From an uncultured Acidimicrobiia bacterium (lineage in GTDB: Bacteria; Pseudomonadota; Gammaproteobacteria; GCA-001735895), in assembly GCA_964195315.1 (NCBI GenBank), contig CAXMOZ010000146.1:10878-74877 (forward strand): DNA of 64,000 bases, read 5' to 3'. A program made the position numbers and the translations under genes. Each line of letters opens with the position of its first letter. The stretch's first letter is position 1. The notes beneath the pieces are model-generated. The model was not told the origin of the DNA and searched no databases. It worked only from the letters and a program-made list of their open reading frames with translations. This document shows, piece by piece, positions 21,300-30,200 of this stretch.

Positions 21300-22004
21300 A
21301 TGAATATTCTAGCCATTGAAACCTCTACCGAGGCCTGTTCTGCTGCCTTACTGCGCGCTGATGGCGTGATTTTCAGTGAGTTTCAAATTGCTCCGCGCCA
21401 GCATACTAAGTTATTACCACAGATGATGGACGCTGTGCTAAAGGCATCGCAGTTGTCAAAGCGTGATATTTCTCATTGCACTTTTGCCAATGGGCCCGGC
21501 GCTTTCACCGGTATACGAATTGCAGCATCGACTGCCCAGGGTATAGCGATAGCTCTGGATATTCCTATTGCGCCGATTTCATCGCTGGCAGTATTGGCTC
21601 AGGCAAGCCTGGATAAGTATGATTTGCCCGATGTTTTGGTAGCCCTGGACGCCCGCATGGGCGAAGCCTATTGGGCAGTTTATGAAAGAGATGATACAGG
21701 CCTAGCCTTACTCAAAGGTAAGGAAAACCTCAGTAAACTAGGCGATGTGTTTTTACAGGCTATACCAGCCTGTGGGACAGGGCATGGCTGGACTGTAGGT
21801 GAATCCATCTGGCGTCAGACATTTTTGGGAGAACAGGAAATTAGACTAGATTCAGCATTGTTCCCCGACTCGGTGGCTTTACTAAAACTGGCTCAGCAGG
21901 CCATTGATAACGGAGATGTTGTTTCGGCTGATCATGTTTCAATCAACTACCTGCGAAATAAAGTGGCTGAAAAATCAAAAAAAAATCCTTTGGCTAGAGG
22001 CTAA
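21300..22004 (+). CDS. tsaB: tRNA threonylcarbamoyladenosine biosynthesis protein TsaB
   Basis: MNILAIETSTEACSAALL…FANGPGAFTGIRIA is the YeaZ/TsaB signature. Confidence 0.8.
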   Translation: MNILAIETSTEACSAALLRADGVIFSEFQIAPRQHTKLLPQMMDAVLKASQLSKRDISHCTFANGPGAFTGIRIAASTAQGIAIALDIPIAPISSLAVLAQASLDKYDLPDVLVALDARMGEAYWAVYERDDTGLALLKGKENLSKLGDVFLQAIPACGTGHGWTVGESIWRQTFLGEQEIRLDSALFPDSVALLKLAQQAIDNGDVVSADHVSINYLRNKVAEKSKKNPLARG

Positions 22005-22008
22005 ACCA

Positions 22009-23028
22009 TTGAAATACCCTTACGGTGAACCACACCAAACTGGTGTCATAAAAAGCCAGGCTGACGATTTTCGTGTTATAGAAAACTTAGGTTTCGAGCC
22101 TTGTGGCGAAGGAGAACATCTGTTTCTTCACATCGAAAAAACAAACTTAACCACGCAAGATTTGATAGAGCAGATAGCACGTGAATTTACTGTTAAGCCC
22201 CGTGATATTGGTTATAGCGGTTTGAAGGACAAACTAGCGGTGACGCAGCAGTGGCTTAGTGTACATTTGCCGGGCCAAATGAATAGCACAGAAATACCGT
22301 CACCATCTCACTACAAACTGTTGCAACATGGATGGCACAATAAAAAAATTCGAGCGGGTACTCATCGCTCTAATAGCTTTGAAGTGATGGTTAGAAACGT
22401 CGCTGAATTATCAAGCCAAACGCAACAGCAAATCGATGATATCAAAGAGTTTGGAATGGCCAACTATTTTGGCGAGCAGCGCTTCGGTGCTCAGCAAGAT
22501 AATGTTGAGCGCGCGATTCACAGCTTTACGAATGAACGACGAACCCGAAAGCTGAGCCGAACCAAGCGCAGTCTATATATATCAGCATTGCGGAGTTTTT
22601 TGTTTAATCAGATTTTATCCCAGCGTATCGAGCAAAGTCATTGGCATCAGCCTTTGCAGGGTGATGTTTTTATGTTGTCAGGCAGTCACTCTCTATTCTC
22701 TGAGATAATTGACGACAGCATTCTAGATCGCTTCCAGCAGCATGATATCTCCAGTGCTGCTAGTATGTATGGTGCAGGGAGTCGTATGTTATCCGAAATG
22801 GCTTTAGCGCTAGAAGACGATATTTTTCATCAGCACCCACAGATTGTAGAGTGTCTAGATGCGCAAAAAGTAAAACTACAAATGCGTACGACTCGGGTGA
22901 CGGTGCAGGCGTTTAATGTTATTCACGATGCTGATACACAGTCACTAACAGTAAGTGTAACGTTGCCGAGTGGTTGTTTTTTTACAACGCTACTCAAACA
23001 TTTTATTGATACATCAAACAGCGGGTAG
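22009..23028 (+). CDS. truD: tRNA pseudouridine(13) synthase TruD
   Basis: The GLKDKLAVTQQWLS motif is the TruD catalytic-Asp motif. The N-terminal alignment to TruD begins at KYPYGEP, so the TTG at 22009, immediately after the tsaB stop, is the likely start. The track start at 21904 overlaps tsaB. Confidence 0.8.
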   Translation: MKYPYGEPHQTGVIKSQADDFRVIENLGFEPCGEGEHLFLHIEKTNLTTQDLIEQIAREFTVKPRDIGYSGLKDKLAVTQQWLSVHLPGQMNSTEIPSPSHYKLLQHGWHNKKIRAGTHRSNSFEVMVRNVAELSSQTQQQIDDIKEFGMANYFGEQRFGAQQDNVERAIHSFTNERRTRKLSRTKRSLYISALRSFLFNQILSQRIEQSHWHQPLQGDVFMLSGSHSLFSEIIDDSILDRFQQHDISSAASMYGAGSRMLSEMALALEDDIFHQHPQIVECLDAQKVKLQMRTTRVTVQAFNVIHDADTQSLTVSVTLPSGCFFTTLLKHFIDTSNSG

Positions 23029-23084
23029 TCATTTTAATCACTGAAGTTTATGTTTGAGCATTAAACCAAAGCACCAAACTAGAG

Positions 23085-23747
23085 CTATGGTGATTGTTTT
23101 CGATAAACACAAAACCAGCCTTCCAGCGCGCCATTTTTGTAATAGGGGCCTAATTCCTGCGTAATGCACTCTATAGCATTCGACGAGACCAAAGATTTTA
23201 ATTTGGCTTCAAAACCATGTGATTGCCATAAATCTTGGTGAATCGTGATCGCTAGAATAGCCCCTGGTTTCAAAATTCGAACAACCTCTTCTAAGGGTTC
23301 GGCGCCAACATGACCATGGGTAAAAGTGCCAGAGGAAACTGCCGCATCATAGCTATTACTTTCGATGTCCAACGGCAGGTTTAAATCACCAACGAAAAGT
23401 GACTGGCAGATATTTCTATTGTCAGCCAGCTGTAACATATCAGGCGATAAATCAATGCCATCTAGATTGCAGTATCCCTGCTTATGCAGTTGCGTACAGG
23501 TTAAACCTGTGCCGCAACCAATATCAATTATGCGAGACGATATTTCGGGCAGATGTTGGATTAGCAAGCTAGCGATTGTGTGAGGCGAGGTATAGCCGAG
23601 TTTATCCAACATTTCGTGGTCATAGTCGGTTGCCCATTGTCGATAAAAGTCGACATGAGCATCTGTGTCGTCAGTCAAGCCATAAGCTTGACTGACGAAT
23701 GCACTGGATCCTTTTTTATCAACAGGCATCGTTGTTGCTGATGCCAA
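23085..23747 (-). CDS. Class I SAM-dependent methyltransferase
   Basis: It has the IIDIGCGTGL motif I and a downstream acidic motif. Confidence 0.75.
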   Translation of the reverse strand: MASATTMPVDKKGSSAFVSQAYGLTDDTDAHVDFYRQWATDYDHEMLDKLGYTSPHTIASLLIQHLPEISSRIIDIGCGTGLTCTQLHKQGYCNLDGIDLSPDMLQLADNRNICQSLFVGDLNLPLDIESNSYDAAVSSGTFTHGHVGAEPLEEVVRILKPGAILAITIHQDLWQSHGFEAKLKSLVSSNAIECITQELGPYYKNGALEGWFCVYRKQSP

Positions 23748-23752
23748 TTGCT

Positions 23753-24235
23753 TTAAAGGCTGGCCAGCATAGTGTCTGCGTCACTCACTTCAAATGCGCC
23801 AGCTGCTTCAATATTGAGCGCTTCGACAATGCCATCGTTGATCAGCATCGAATAGCGTTGCGAGCGAACGCCCATGCCATGACCAGTCAAATCTAATTCA
23901 AGACCGACCGCCTGAGTGAAGTCTCCGCTGCCATCAGCCAGCATCATGACTCGGTCATCGGCGTTGTGTTGCTCACCCCAGGCGCTCATAACAAAAGCAT
24001 CATTGACTGAGAGACAGACAATTAAGTCAACACCTTTGGCGAATAACTCATCCGATTTAACAACATAACCCGGTAGGTGAGATGCTGAGCAGGTTGGTGT
24101 GAATGCACCCGGCAGTGCAAATAAAGCAACTTTTTTACCTGAAAATAACGCGTCGGTGGACTCGCTTTTAACTTCAGAGGCATCCATATATTGCAATGTG
24201 ATAGAAGGTATTTTTTCGCCAATTTTGATAGTCAT
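23753..24235 (-). CDS. Peroxiredoxin (Prx5/PrxD-type, AhpC/TSA family)
   Basis: LPGAFTPTCS is the peroxidatic Cys motif. 160 aa. Confidence 0.8.
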   Translation of the reverse strand: MTIKIGEKIPSITLQYMDASEVKSESTDALFSGKKVALFALPGAFTPTCSASHLPGYVVKSDELFAKGVDLIVCLSVNDAFVMSAWGEQHNADDRVMMLADGSGDFTQAVGLELDLTGHGMGVRSQRYSMLINDGIVEALNIEAAGAFEVSDADTMLASL

Positions 24236-24398
24236 ATCTAAGCCCGTGAATTTAAGTAATATTAATTTTTTGCGAGAGTTTAGAATACACTATTTAAGCT
24301 TCATGCATCATTGTTAGTGATTAAAATAACAGTAACTTATGTCTTTTCCTTTAGCGTTTCAATTAGAATGTCGTAATACCAATAAGAGCATAAAAATA

Positions 24399-25001
24399 AT
24401 GTGGGAAGTACACCGTTTAGATCAGCGCAATCATTGGGTTTTCGATATGGATGGTACCCTAACCATCAGCTCACATGATTTCGAATATATGCGTAAAGAG
24501 CTAGGGTTGAAATCAAATGAACCCATTTTAGAGGCGTTAAACGCCATGCCAGATGAGCAATCGGTCCCGCTGTGGTTAAAGCTGAATGACCTTGAATGTC
24601 ACTTTGCTGGCAAATCGACACTCATGCCTGGCGTGCCAGAACTGCTCGAAAAGTTGCAAGCGCGGGGTGTGAAATTAGGCTTGCTTACGCGTAATATCAT
24701 GCCTGTTGTCGAAACTACATTGAATGCCTGCGGTATCGACCATTTTTTTCCTATTCAGCACAGGCTGGATCGAGATTCCTGCACCCCAAAACCATCGCCT
24801 GATGGTATTAATTATTTACTCAACGACTGGCAGGCCGAGCCCAATGATGCTGTCATGGTAGGGGATTATTTGTTTGATTTACAGGCCGGTAGAAATGCCA
24901 AAGTGGCCACTATACACCTCGACCCGGCGGGTAATTTCGCCTGGCCAAAGGAATCCGATATTTGTATACGACAGTTTTCAGAAATCGATGCCTTCCTATA
25001 A
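24399..25001 (+). CDS. HAD-superfamily hydrolase
   Basis: FDMDGTL is motif I. It sits near the N-terminus only if the start is the Met at 24399. The track ORF starts at 24339. Confidence 0.65.
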   Translation: MWEVHRLDQRNHWVFDMDGTLTISSHDFEYMRKELGLKSNEPILEALNAMPDEQSVPLWLKLNDLECHFAGKSTLMPGVPELLEKLQARGVKLGLLTRNIMPVVETTLNACGIDHFFPIQHRLDRDSCTPKPSPDGINYLLNDWQAEPNDAVMVGDYLFDLQAGRNAKVATIHLDPAGNFAWPKESDICIRQFSEIDAFL

Positions 25002-25712
25002 CAAGTTGGCAATCCTAAGTTTTTGCTTGCTGAGACTATCGTAAGGTTCATCCCGTGTTCTGTCGTGGACATCCATTCGGTAGTTGATAAATTCTGCCTC
25101 ATCGTCGTAATGCATAAAAGGATTACCCTCTACTTGCTCTGCTAAGGTGCAGGTTTTTTTAACCGAATAATTGTGACCTGGGTGAATCAACATATCGTCG
25201 GGTAGCTCAAGCTTCATTTGCTTTAAAGTTTCAAACATTTGCTGGGGATTACCACCACTCAGGTCGCAGCGGCCACAACCAAAGACGAATAAAGTATCAC
25301 CGGTAATAATCTCATTGCCTAGTTGATAACAGGCTGAACCAGGGGTATGACCAGGGGTGTGCAAGACTTTTATTTGACTCTCACCGAGCGCAATATCATC
25401 ACCACCATGATGCAAACATGGTTTGGCGATATCACTACCCCAAAATTCGAATTCAGGCTTGAGCAAATGCATCTCAGCATGACTGTGTTCTAAAATGCCT
25501 TCGATGCCATTAATGTGGTCGTGGTGGCTATGGGTAAGCAAGATATCGGTGATTTTCAAGTCGAGTTTTTCTGACTCAGCAATAATCGTGGGTGCATCCC
25601 AGGCCGGGTCCACCACCGCTGTGCGTCGAGTGGCGATATCTTCTATCAGATACACAAAATTCAACATCGGACCTAGTTCGAGCGCATGTATTTTGAAACC
25701 ACTGTCAGTCAT
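24996..25712 (-). CDS. MBL-fold metallo-hydrolase (glyoxalase II-like)
   Basis: It has the THSHHDH metal-binding motif plus downstream His/Asp ligands. 238 aa. Confidence 0.75.
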   Translation of the reverse strand: MTDSGFKIHALELGPMLNFVYLIEDIATRRTAVVDPAWDAPTIIAESEKLDLKITDILLTHSHHDHINGIEGILEHSHAEMHLLKPEFEFWGSDIAKPCLHHGGDDIALGESQIKVLHTPGHTPGSACYQLGNEIITGDTLFVFGCGRCDLSGGNPQQMFETLKQMKLELPDDMLIHPGHNYSVKKTCTLAEQVEGNPFMHYDDEAEFINYRMDVHDRTRDEPYDSLSKQKLRIANLL

Positions 25713-25846
25713 TGTACTTACCTCGTAATTAAGTGAGTCAGATTATACTCAGAAGCTGGATTTTTATCACAATACTGACGACAATAGGGTACTTTTTAAA
25801 ATTCCCAGGCAGTGCTAAAACCTGGGCTACGATTGATAGGATAATT

Positions 25847-27058
25847 ATGAGCAAGTCAGCGGTAAAAAAAGTCGTTCTAGCCTATTCAGGTGGACTCGAT
25901 ACCTCGGTTATATTGAAGTGGCTAGAAGACGAATACAATTGTGAAGTAGTTACTTTTACGGCTGATATCGGACAGGGTGAAGAACTAGAACCTGCTCGTC
26001 TGAAAGCCGAGAAATATGGCGTAAAAGAAATCTACATCGAAGACCTGCAGGAAGAGTTCGTAAGCGATTTTGTATTTCCTATGTTTCGAGCCAATGCGGT
26101 TTACGAAGGAGAGTACCTATTGGGTACGTCGATTGCGCGCCCATTAATCTCAAAACGTTTGGTTGAAATTGCGAAAGAGACCGGCGCAGATGCCATCTCC
26201 CACGGCGCAACTGGGAAAGGTAATGATCAGGTACGTTTCGAACTAGGTGCCTATGCGCTCAATCCAAATATTCAAGTTATTGCTCCCTGGCGTGAGTGGG
26301 ACTTGAATTCACGCGAGAGCCTGATGGCTTACGCTGAAAAAGCAGGCATTGCTATCGAACAAAAACAGGGTCAGAAATCACCTTACTCGATGGATGCCAA
26401 CATGTTACATATCTCCTACGAAGGTGGCATTCTGGAAGACCCGTGGTTTGAACCAGGTGAAGATATTTGGCGCAACACTGTGTCACCGGAACTGGCACCC
26501 GATAGGCCATGCTATCTTGAATTAACTTACCAAAAAGGCGATATAGTCGCTATCGATGGTGAAACAATGACGCCAGCCGAAGTATTAAGGCAGTTGAATA
26601 AAGTCGCGGGTGAGCATGGTGTAGGTCGGCTCGATATAGTCGAAAATCGTTACGTTGGTATGAAGTCACGAGGTTGTTACGAAACACCCGGCGGCACCGT
26701 GATGATGAAAGCTCATCGAGCGATTGAATCCATTACGCTGGATCGTGAAGTGGCTCATTTGAAAGATGAACTCATGCCTAAGTACGCCACGATGATTTAC
26801 AATGGCTACTGGTGGAGCCCTGAGCGCCTCATGATGCAGCAAATGATCGATGCCTCTCAAATCACGGTGAATGGTGTCGTGAAAGTGAAACTGTACAAAG
26901 GCAGCGTATCGATTGCGGGCAGAAAGTCTGATACCAATAGTTTGTATGATGAAGCCATAGTGACGTTTGAAGATGATCTCGGTGCTTATGACCAGAAAGA
27001 TGCCGAAGGCTTCATCAAGTTGAACGCGTTACGACTGAAAATAGCGGGAAAAAAATAA
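25847..27058 (+). CDS. argG: Argininosuccinate synthase
   Basis: [15 protein letters not shown] is the PP-loop. The true start is the ATG at 25847. The track ORF extends upstream through a non-homologous leader. Confidence 0.9.
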   Translation: MSKSAVKKVVLAYSGGLDTSVILKWLEDEYNCEVVTFTADIGQGEELEPARLKAEKYGVKEIYIEDLQEEFVSDFVFPMFRANAVYEGEYLLGTSIARPLISKRLVEIAKETGADAISHGATGKGNDQVRFELGAYALNPNIQVIAPWREWDLNSRESLMAYAEKAGIAIEQKQGQKSPYSMDANMLHISYEGGILEDPWFEPGEDIWRNTVSPELAPDRPCYLELTYQKGDIVAIDGETMTPAEVLRQLNKVAGEHGVGRLDIVENRYVGMKSRGCYETPGGTVMMKAHRAIESITLDREVAHLKDELMPKYATMIYNGYWWSPERLMMQQMIDASQITVNGVVKVKLYKGSVSIAGRKSDTNSLYDEAIVTFEDDLGAYDQKDAEGFIKLNALRLKIAGKK

Positions 27059-27061
27059 CGA

Positions 27062-27553
27062 GTGGTTTTTCTGATCCGTTCTTTTTTGTGCTCATTTTGG
27101 TGGATAGGGCTGTTAGTAATATCGCTAACAGCCTGTTCCCCTTCTAATGATCCTGACAGTGTCAATAAAGATGACGTCAGTGGGCAACAAACGAGCAAAA
27201 CTCAGGCCGACTACTTTCTAGAGTCCCTCAAGTTGGTAGAGCAATCAGGCCGCCAACTGCAAAGTGTGGACCGAACAAAAGCATCGGTCGAACAGGCGTT
27301 ATCGGGTATCGATGTTGGTATGTCGCTCGCTTTTAATGTGGACGCCACATTTCTCAATGGGATCGATGTCAGGCTTGGCAAAAATTACCAACGTTATTTC
27401 ATCGATGGCGTACAAATCTATCGTCTTGGAATCGAAGCGGCTGATCAGAACGAACAAAAAAAAGGACTGGTGCTACTTAATCGTTGGGCGCAATTCTGGG
27501 GCAGTAATCAAGCGGCTATATTGCCTAAATTACAATTATATATACCTTCCTAA
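27062..27553 (+). CDS. Hypothetical lipoprotein
   Basis: It has a signal peptide with an LTAC lipobox. No recognisable domain. Confidence 0.5.
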   Translation: MVFLIRSFLCSFWWIGLLVISLTACSPSNDPDSVNKDDVSGQQTSKTQADYFLESLKLVEQSGRQLQSVDRTKASVEQALSGIDVGMSLAFNVDATFLNGIDVRLGKNYQRYFIDGVQIYRLGIEAADQNEQKKGLVLLNRWAQFWGSNQAAILPKLQLYIPS

Positions 27554-27864
27554 TGGCATCTGAGATTTGGCTTGTTGCTTGTATTAATAAGCGGTTCGGC
27601 ACCGGACAACGCTCTTGTGTTGACAGTGGGAACCTCGATTATATTGCCGAAATAGAAACTTTAATTAAACAAGCTGGTTTAGATATTGCCATTATCAAAC
27701 GAGAGTGTTTAGGTAAATGTGATCAGGGGCCAGTCATGCGTATTGCACCTGGAGGCCGTTTTTTTACCGAAATAAATCAAACTAGCCTCCCCGTTATTGT
27801 TTGTGAAATCAAGATGTTAGTAGCTGAGCGCAACGGTATTGACGAAGTGGATGATGCATCGTGA
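27553..27864 (+). CDS. Thioredoxin-like [2Fe-2S] ferredoxin domain protein
   Basis: Its four Cys follow the pattern C-x11-C … C-x3-C (CINKRFGTGQRSC … CLGKC) with a GP motif. Confidence 0.6.
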   Translation: MASEIWLVACINKRFGTGQRSCVDSGNLDYIAEIETLIKQAGLDIAIIKRECLGKCDQGPVMRIAPGGRFFTEINQTSLPVIVCEIKMLVAERNGIDEVDDAS

Positions 27865-28130
27865 AAACTGTCAAAGGATATGTGCCGGGTAGAGTGCAGG
27901 GCGTAGGATTTAGGCACTTCGTGAAAAAGAATGCCGACCTGCTTAATTTTGCAGGCTACGCTAAAAACCGAGGAAATGAGCGAGTCGAGTTTATCTTATA
28001 GGGCGAATCGACGGTTATTTCAAACCTACTTGTGAATATTAGTCGCGGGCCAATATTGGACTTCGTTAAAGCACTGGAATTCGATGAGTTGGATAGCGCC
28101 GAGCAGTACCGAGGGTTTTCAGTTTCATAA
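27861..28130 (+). pseudogene. acyP: Acylphosphatase interrupted by an in-frame TAG at 27999-28001
   Basis: VKTVKGYVPGRVQGVGFRHFV…AGYAKNRGNERVEFIL*GESTVISNLL…EQYRGFSVS matches acylphosphatase motifs (VxGxVQGVxFR, GxxxNxxDGxVE). The GTG start overlaps the upstream stop (GTGA). Confidence 0.6.
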
Positions 28131-28158
28131 TCGTTAAAGCCAATCGTTAAGCCTTAAC

Positions 28159-29013
28159 TCAATCAAAATGAGCTTCTGTCAAAGGGCTGCCATCGTACAG
28201 ATTCTTGAATAATTTAAGCAATTGTGCATTGGAGTCGTTATCGACATTAAGCGCTTTTTCGCCCGACTGAATATCCCGCAAATTGACTGTCCGTGTTTCA
28301 TAGCTAAATCGACTATGTTTAGTAGCGTTAGTACCCGAACCATGCAAATGAGCGGCAGAAAAACACAGTAACTCACCCGGTTTAATCAGCGGTCTAAAAA
28401 CACGACCAGTCGGCTTTTCAAGTACCGATGGAATGGATTTAAAGTTGGGTTTTAATTCATCAAATTGCGCTTGGCGTGCGCTGGCAAATTGCTCATATCG
28501 CCAGTCTGCAGTAGTATTGGCAATCGGCTGTTCAAAGTGATCCAGATAAAACTCAATGCCATTGCCAGCTTCATAGGAATACAGTGGCGCCCACCAGTTT
28601 ATTTGTTGATAAATGCCGGCTCCCCAGGTATCTCGATGAGTATCAACCCAGCTATGTGCGCCTTCAGTCTGATCGCTTTGTGGCGGCACCACTCGAAATA
28701 TGAACCGGTCACAAAATGTGTCGTTGAGCTTTAAACTGATATTTTGCAACGCCTGGGAGAATACCTGCTGACATTGTTGTTCGTTCTGTGCGGCAAGTTG
28801 ATACTGATAAATAGTCTTTAGCCATTGGCTGTAATTCTTAGTCTGATGAGAATTAACTGGATCTAAATTTTCCAGTGTTGATTCACAAATTTGACGTGCA
28901 ATATCACAAAACTGATCGACTTCTGGTATCTGAGTGAAATGTAATATTTCACCACTAAAAACCCGTGCCCGTAACTCGACCTGTGAAATAGGCAAGGTAA
29001 CCTCATATAACAT
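28159..29013 (-). CDS. Hypothetical protein, possibly a non-haem Fe(II) PhyH-like dioxygenase
   Basis: 284 aa. The HxD (WVDTHRD) and distal His (AAHLHGSG) spacing are consistent with a 2-His-1-carboxylate facial triad. It is co-oriented with the MetF-like gene upstream and probably co-transcribed. Confidence 0.4.
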   Translation of the reverse strand: MLYEVTLPISQVELRARVFSGEILHFTQIPEVDQFCDIARQICESTLENLDPVNSHQTKNYSQWLKTIYQYQLAAQNEQQCQQVFSQALQNISLKLNDTFCDRFIFRVVPPQSDQTEGAHSWVDTHRDTWGAGIYQQINWWAPLYSYEAGNGIEFYLDHFEQPIANTTADWRYEQFASARQAQFDELKPNFKSIPSVLEKPTGRVFRPLIKPGELLCFSAAHLHGSGTNATKHSRFSYETRTVNLRDIQSGEKALNVDNDSNAQLLKLFKNLYDGSPLTEAHFD

Positions 29014-29016
29014 GTG

Positions 29017-29934
29017 TCAAACTCTTAGTTGCAGTAAACCAGATTCCGCTATTACCTGCGCGCAAGCGGCTTCTTGATTGGGTGCCATTAAATGTGCACC
29101 AGCACAGCCTTCTATCTGAGAATAGTGTTGTAATAGCTCGGCACAAATTGCGCGACCTTCTGCTTTTTGGTCTGTCGCACCCTCTAACCGATGAATAATA
29201 TCGTCAGGTACATAAACCCCGAATAAATTATCATTCATCCAGCGTGCTGATTTGGCCGATGCTAGTGGGCCGATACCAATAATAAAGTAAGCCCGCTCGG
29301 TGATGCCTTCTTCGACCAGACGATGGCAATAGCGTTTTACGATGCCAGGGTCGAAGCAGTACTGAGTTTGAAAAAATTGAGCGCCATTTTCGATCTTGGC
29401 ATTGATTCTGGCAGTCGACCAATCCTTGCCTGGGTCGGTTGGCACTTCGGCACCGCCGAGAAAAAGTGATGGGGCAGGGTCGATTGCTCTACCCGATGGA
29501 TAACAACCTTTATCTCGCATGTCGCGCATTTGTTGCATTAATTGTCCACTATCAATCTCAAACACTTCAGCGGCCTCGGGCTGGTCGCCAGCAGCCATTT
29601 TATCGCCTGTCAAACATAGAAAGTTGTGGATACCCAAAGCAGAGGCACCGATCACATCGCCTTGTAAGGCTAGTCGATTGCGGTCACGAGTGGTTAGCTG
29701 CAACAACGGATCAATCCCATCGCGGGCCATGATAGCGGCAGCAGCCAATGCCGACATATGTACTCGGGCACTCGCACCATCGGTTACGTTAACCGCATCA
29801 GCAACGCCTTTTAAGCACTGCACTCGCTTCAGTACTGCATCAGCACATGATGCGTCAGGAGGCGACGTTTCAGCCGTCATCGCGAAGTGTCCAGCTAGTA
29901 GAGTTGAATGGAGTTTGCTAATAGTTTGAGACAT
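29017..29934 (-). CDS. Methylenetetrahydrofolate reductase (MetF)-like protein
   Basis: LTTRDRNRLALQGDVIGASALGIHNFLCLTGD is the MTHFR TIM-barrel signature. The start is taken at MSQTIS… (29934). Confidence 0.7.
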   Translation of the reverse strand: MSQTISKLHSTLLAGHFAMTAETSPPDASCADAVLKRVQCLKGVADAVNVTDGASARVHMSALAAAAIMARDGIDPLLQLTTRDRNRLALQGDVIGASALGIHNFLCLTGDKMAAGDQPEAAEVFEIDSGQLMQQMRDMRDKGCYPSGRAIDPAPSLFLGGAEVPTDPGKDWSTARINAKIENGAQFFQTQYCFDPGIVKRYCHRLVEEGITERAYFIIGIGPLASAKSARWMNDNLFGVYVPDDIIHRLEGATDQKAEGRAICAELLQHYSQIEGCAGAHLMAPNQEAACAQVIAESGLLQLRV

Positions 29935-30200
29935 GTTTCCCCCTTGGTTCTTGATGAAGCGCACTGGAATGATTTATTTGAGGTTCATTTTGAAACCTCA
30001 AACAGAGATGTCAAATAGAATAAGGAAAGCACTTAAATTATTCAATTGTCTTTCCTTGGTTTAGTCACTAAATTAGGTGTGCTGCAGGATATCAATTCAC
30101 TACCTAACATCTGCTATCAAATTTTTTACTCCCCCAATTAAAAATTTTATGTTGCTTATGAAGCCTTACCCGTCGAAACTAAATATTCTAATGGAAGGGT

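Noticed and set aside
21904-22008. ORF-track start for truD that overlaps the last 100 nt of tsaB
   Set aside because: Homology to TruD begins at KYPYGEP. A TTG at 22009 immediately after the tsaB stop gives a normal N-terminus. The upstream extension is an out-of-frame read-through of tsaB.
25733-25846. Upstream extension of argG ([21 protein letters not shown]…)
   Set aside because: There is no homology to ArgG. The PP-loop lies at the N-terminus only when starting at 25847. It is likely the 5'UTR.
27264-27563. 99-aa ORF overlapping the lipoprotein gene in another frame
   Set aside because: It overlaps a better-supported ORF with a signal peptide and lipobox. It has no start context or homology.
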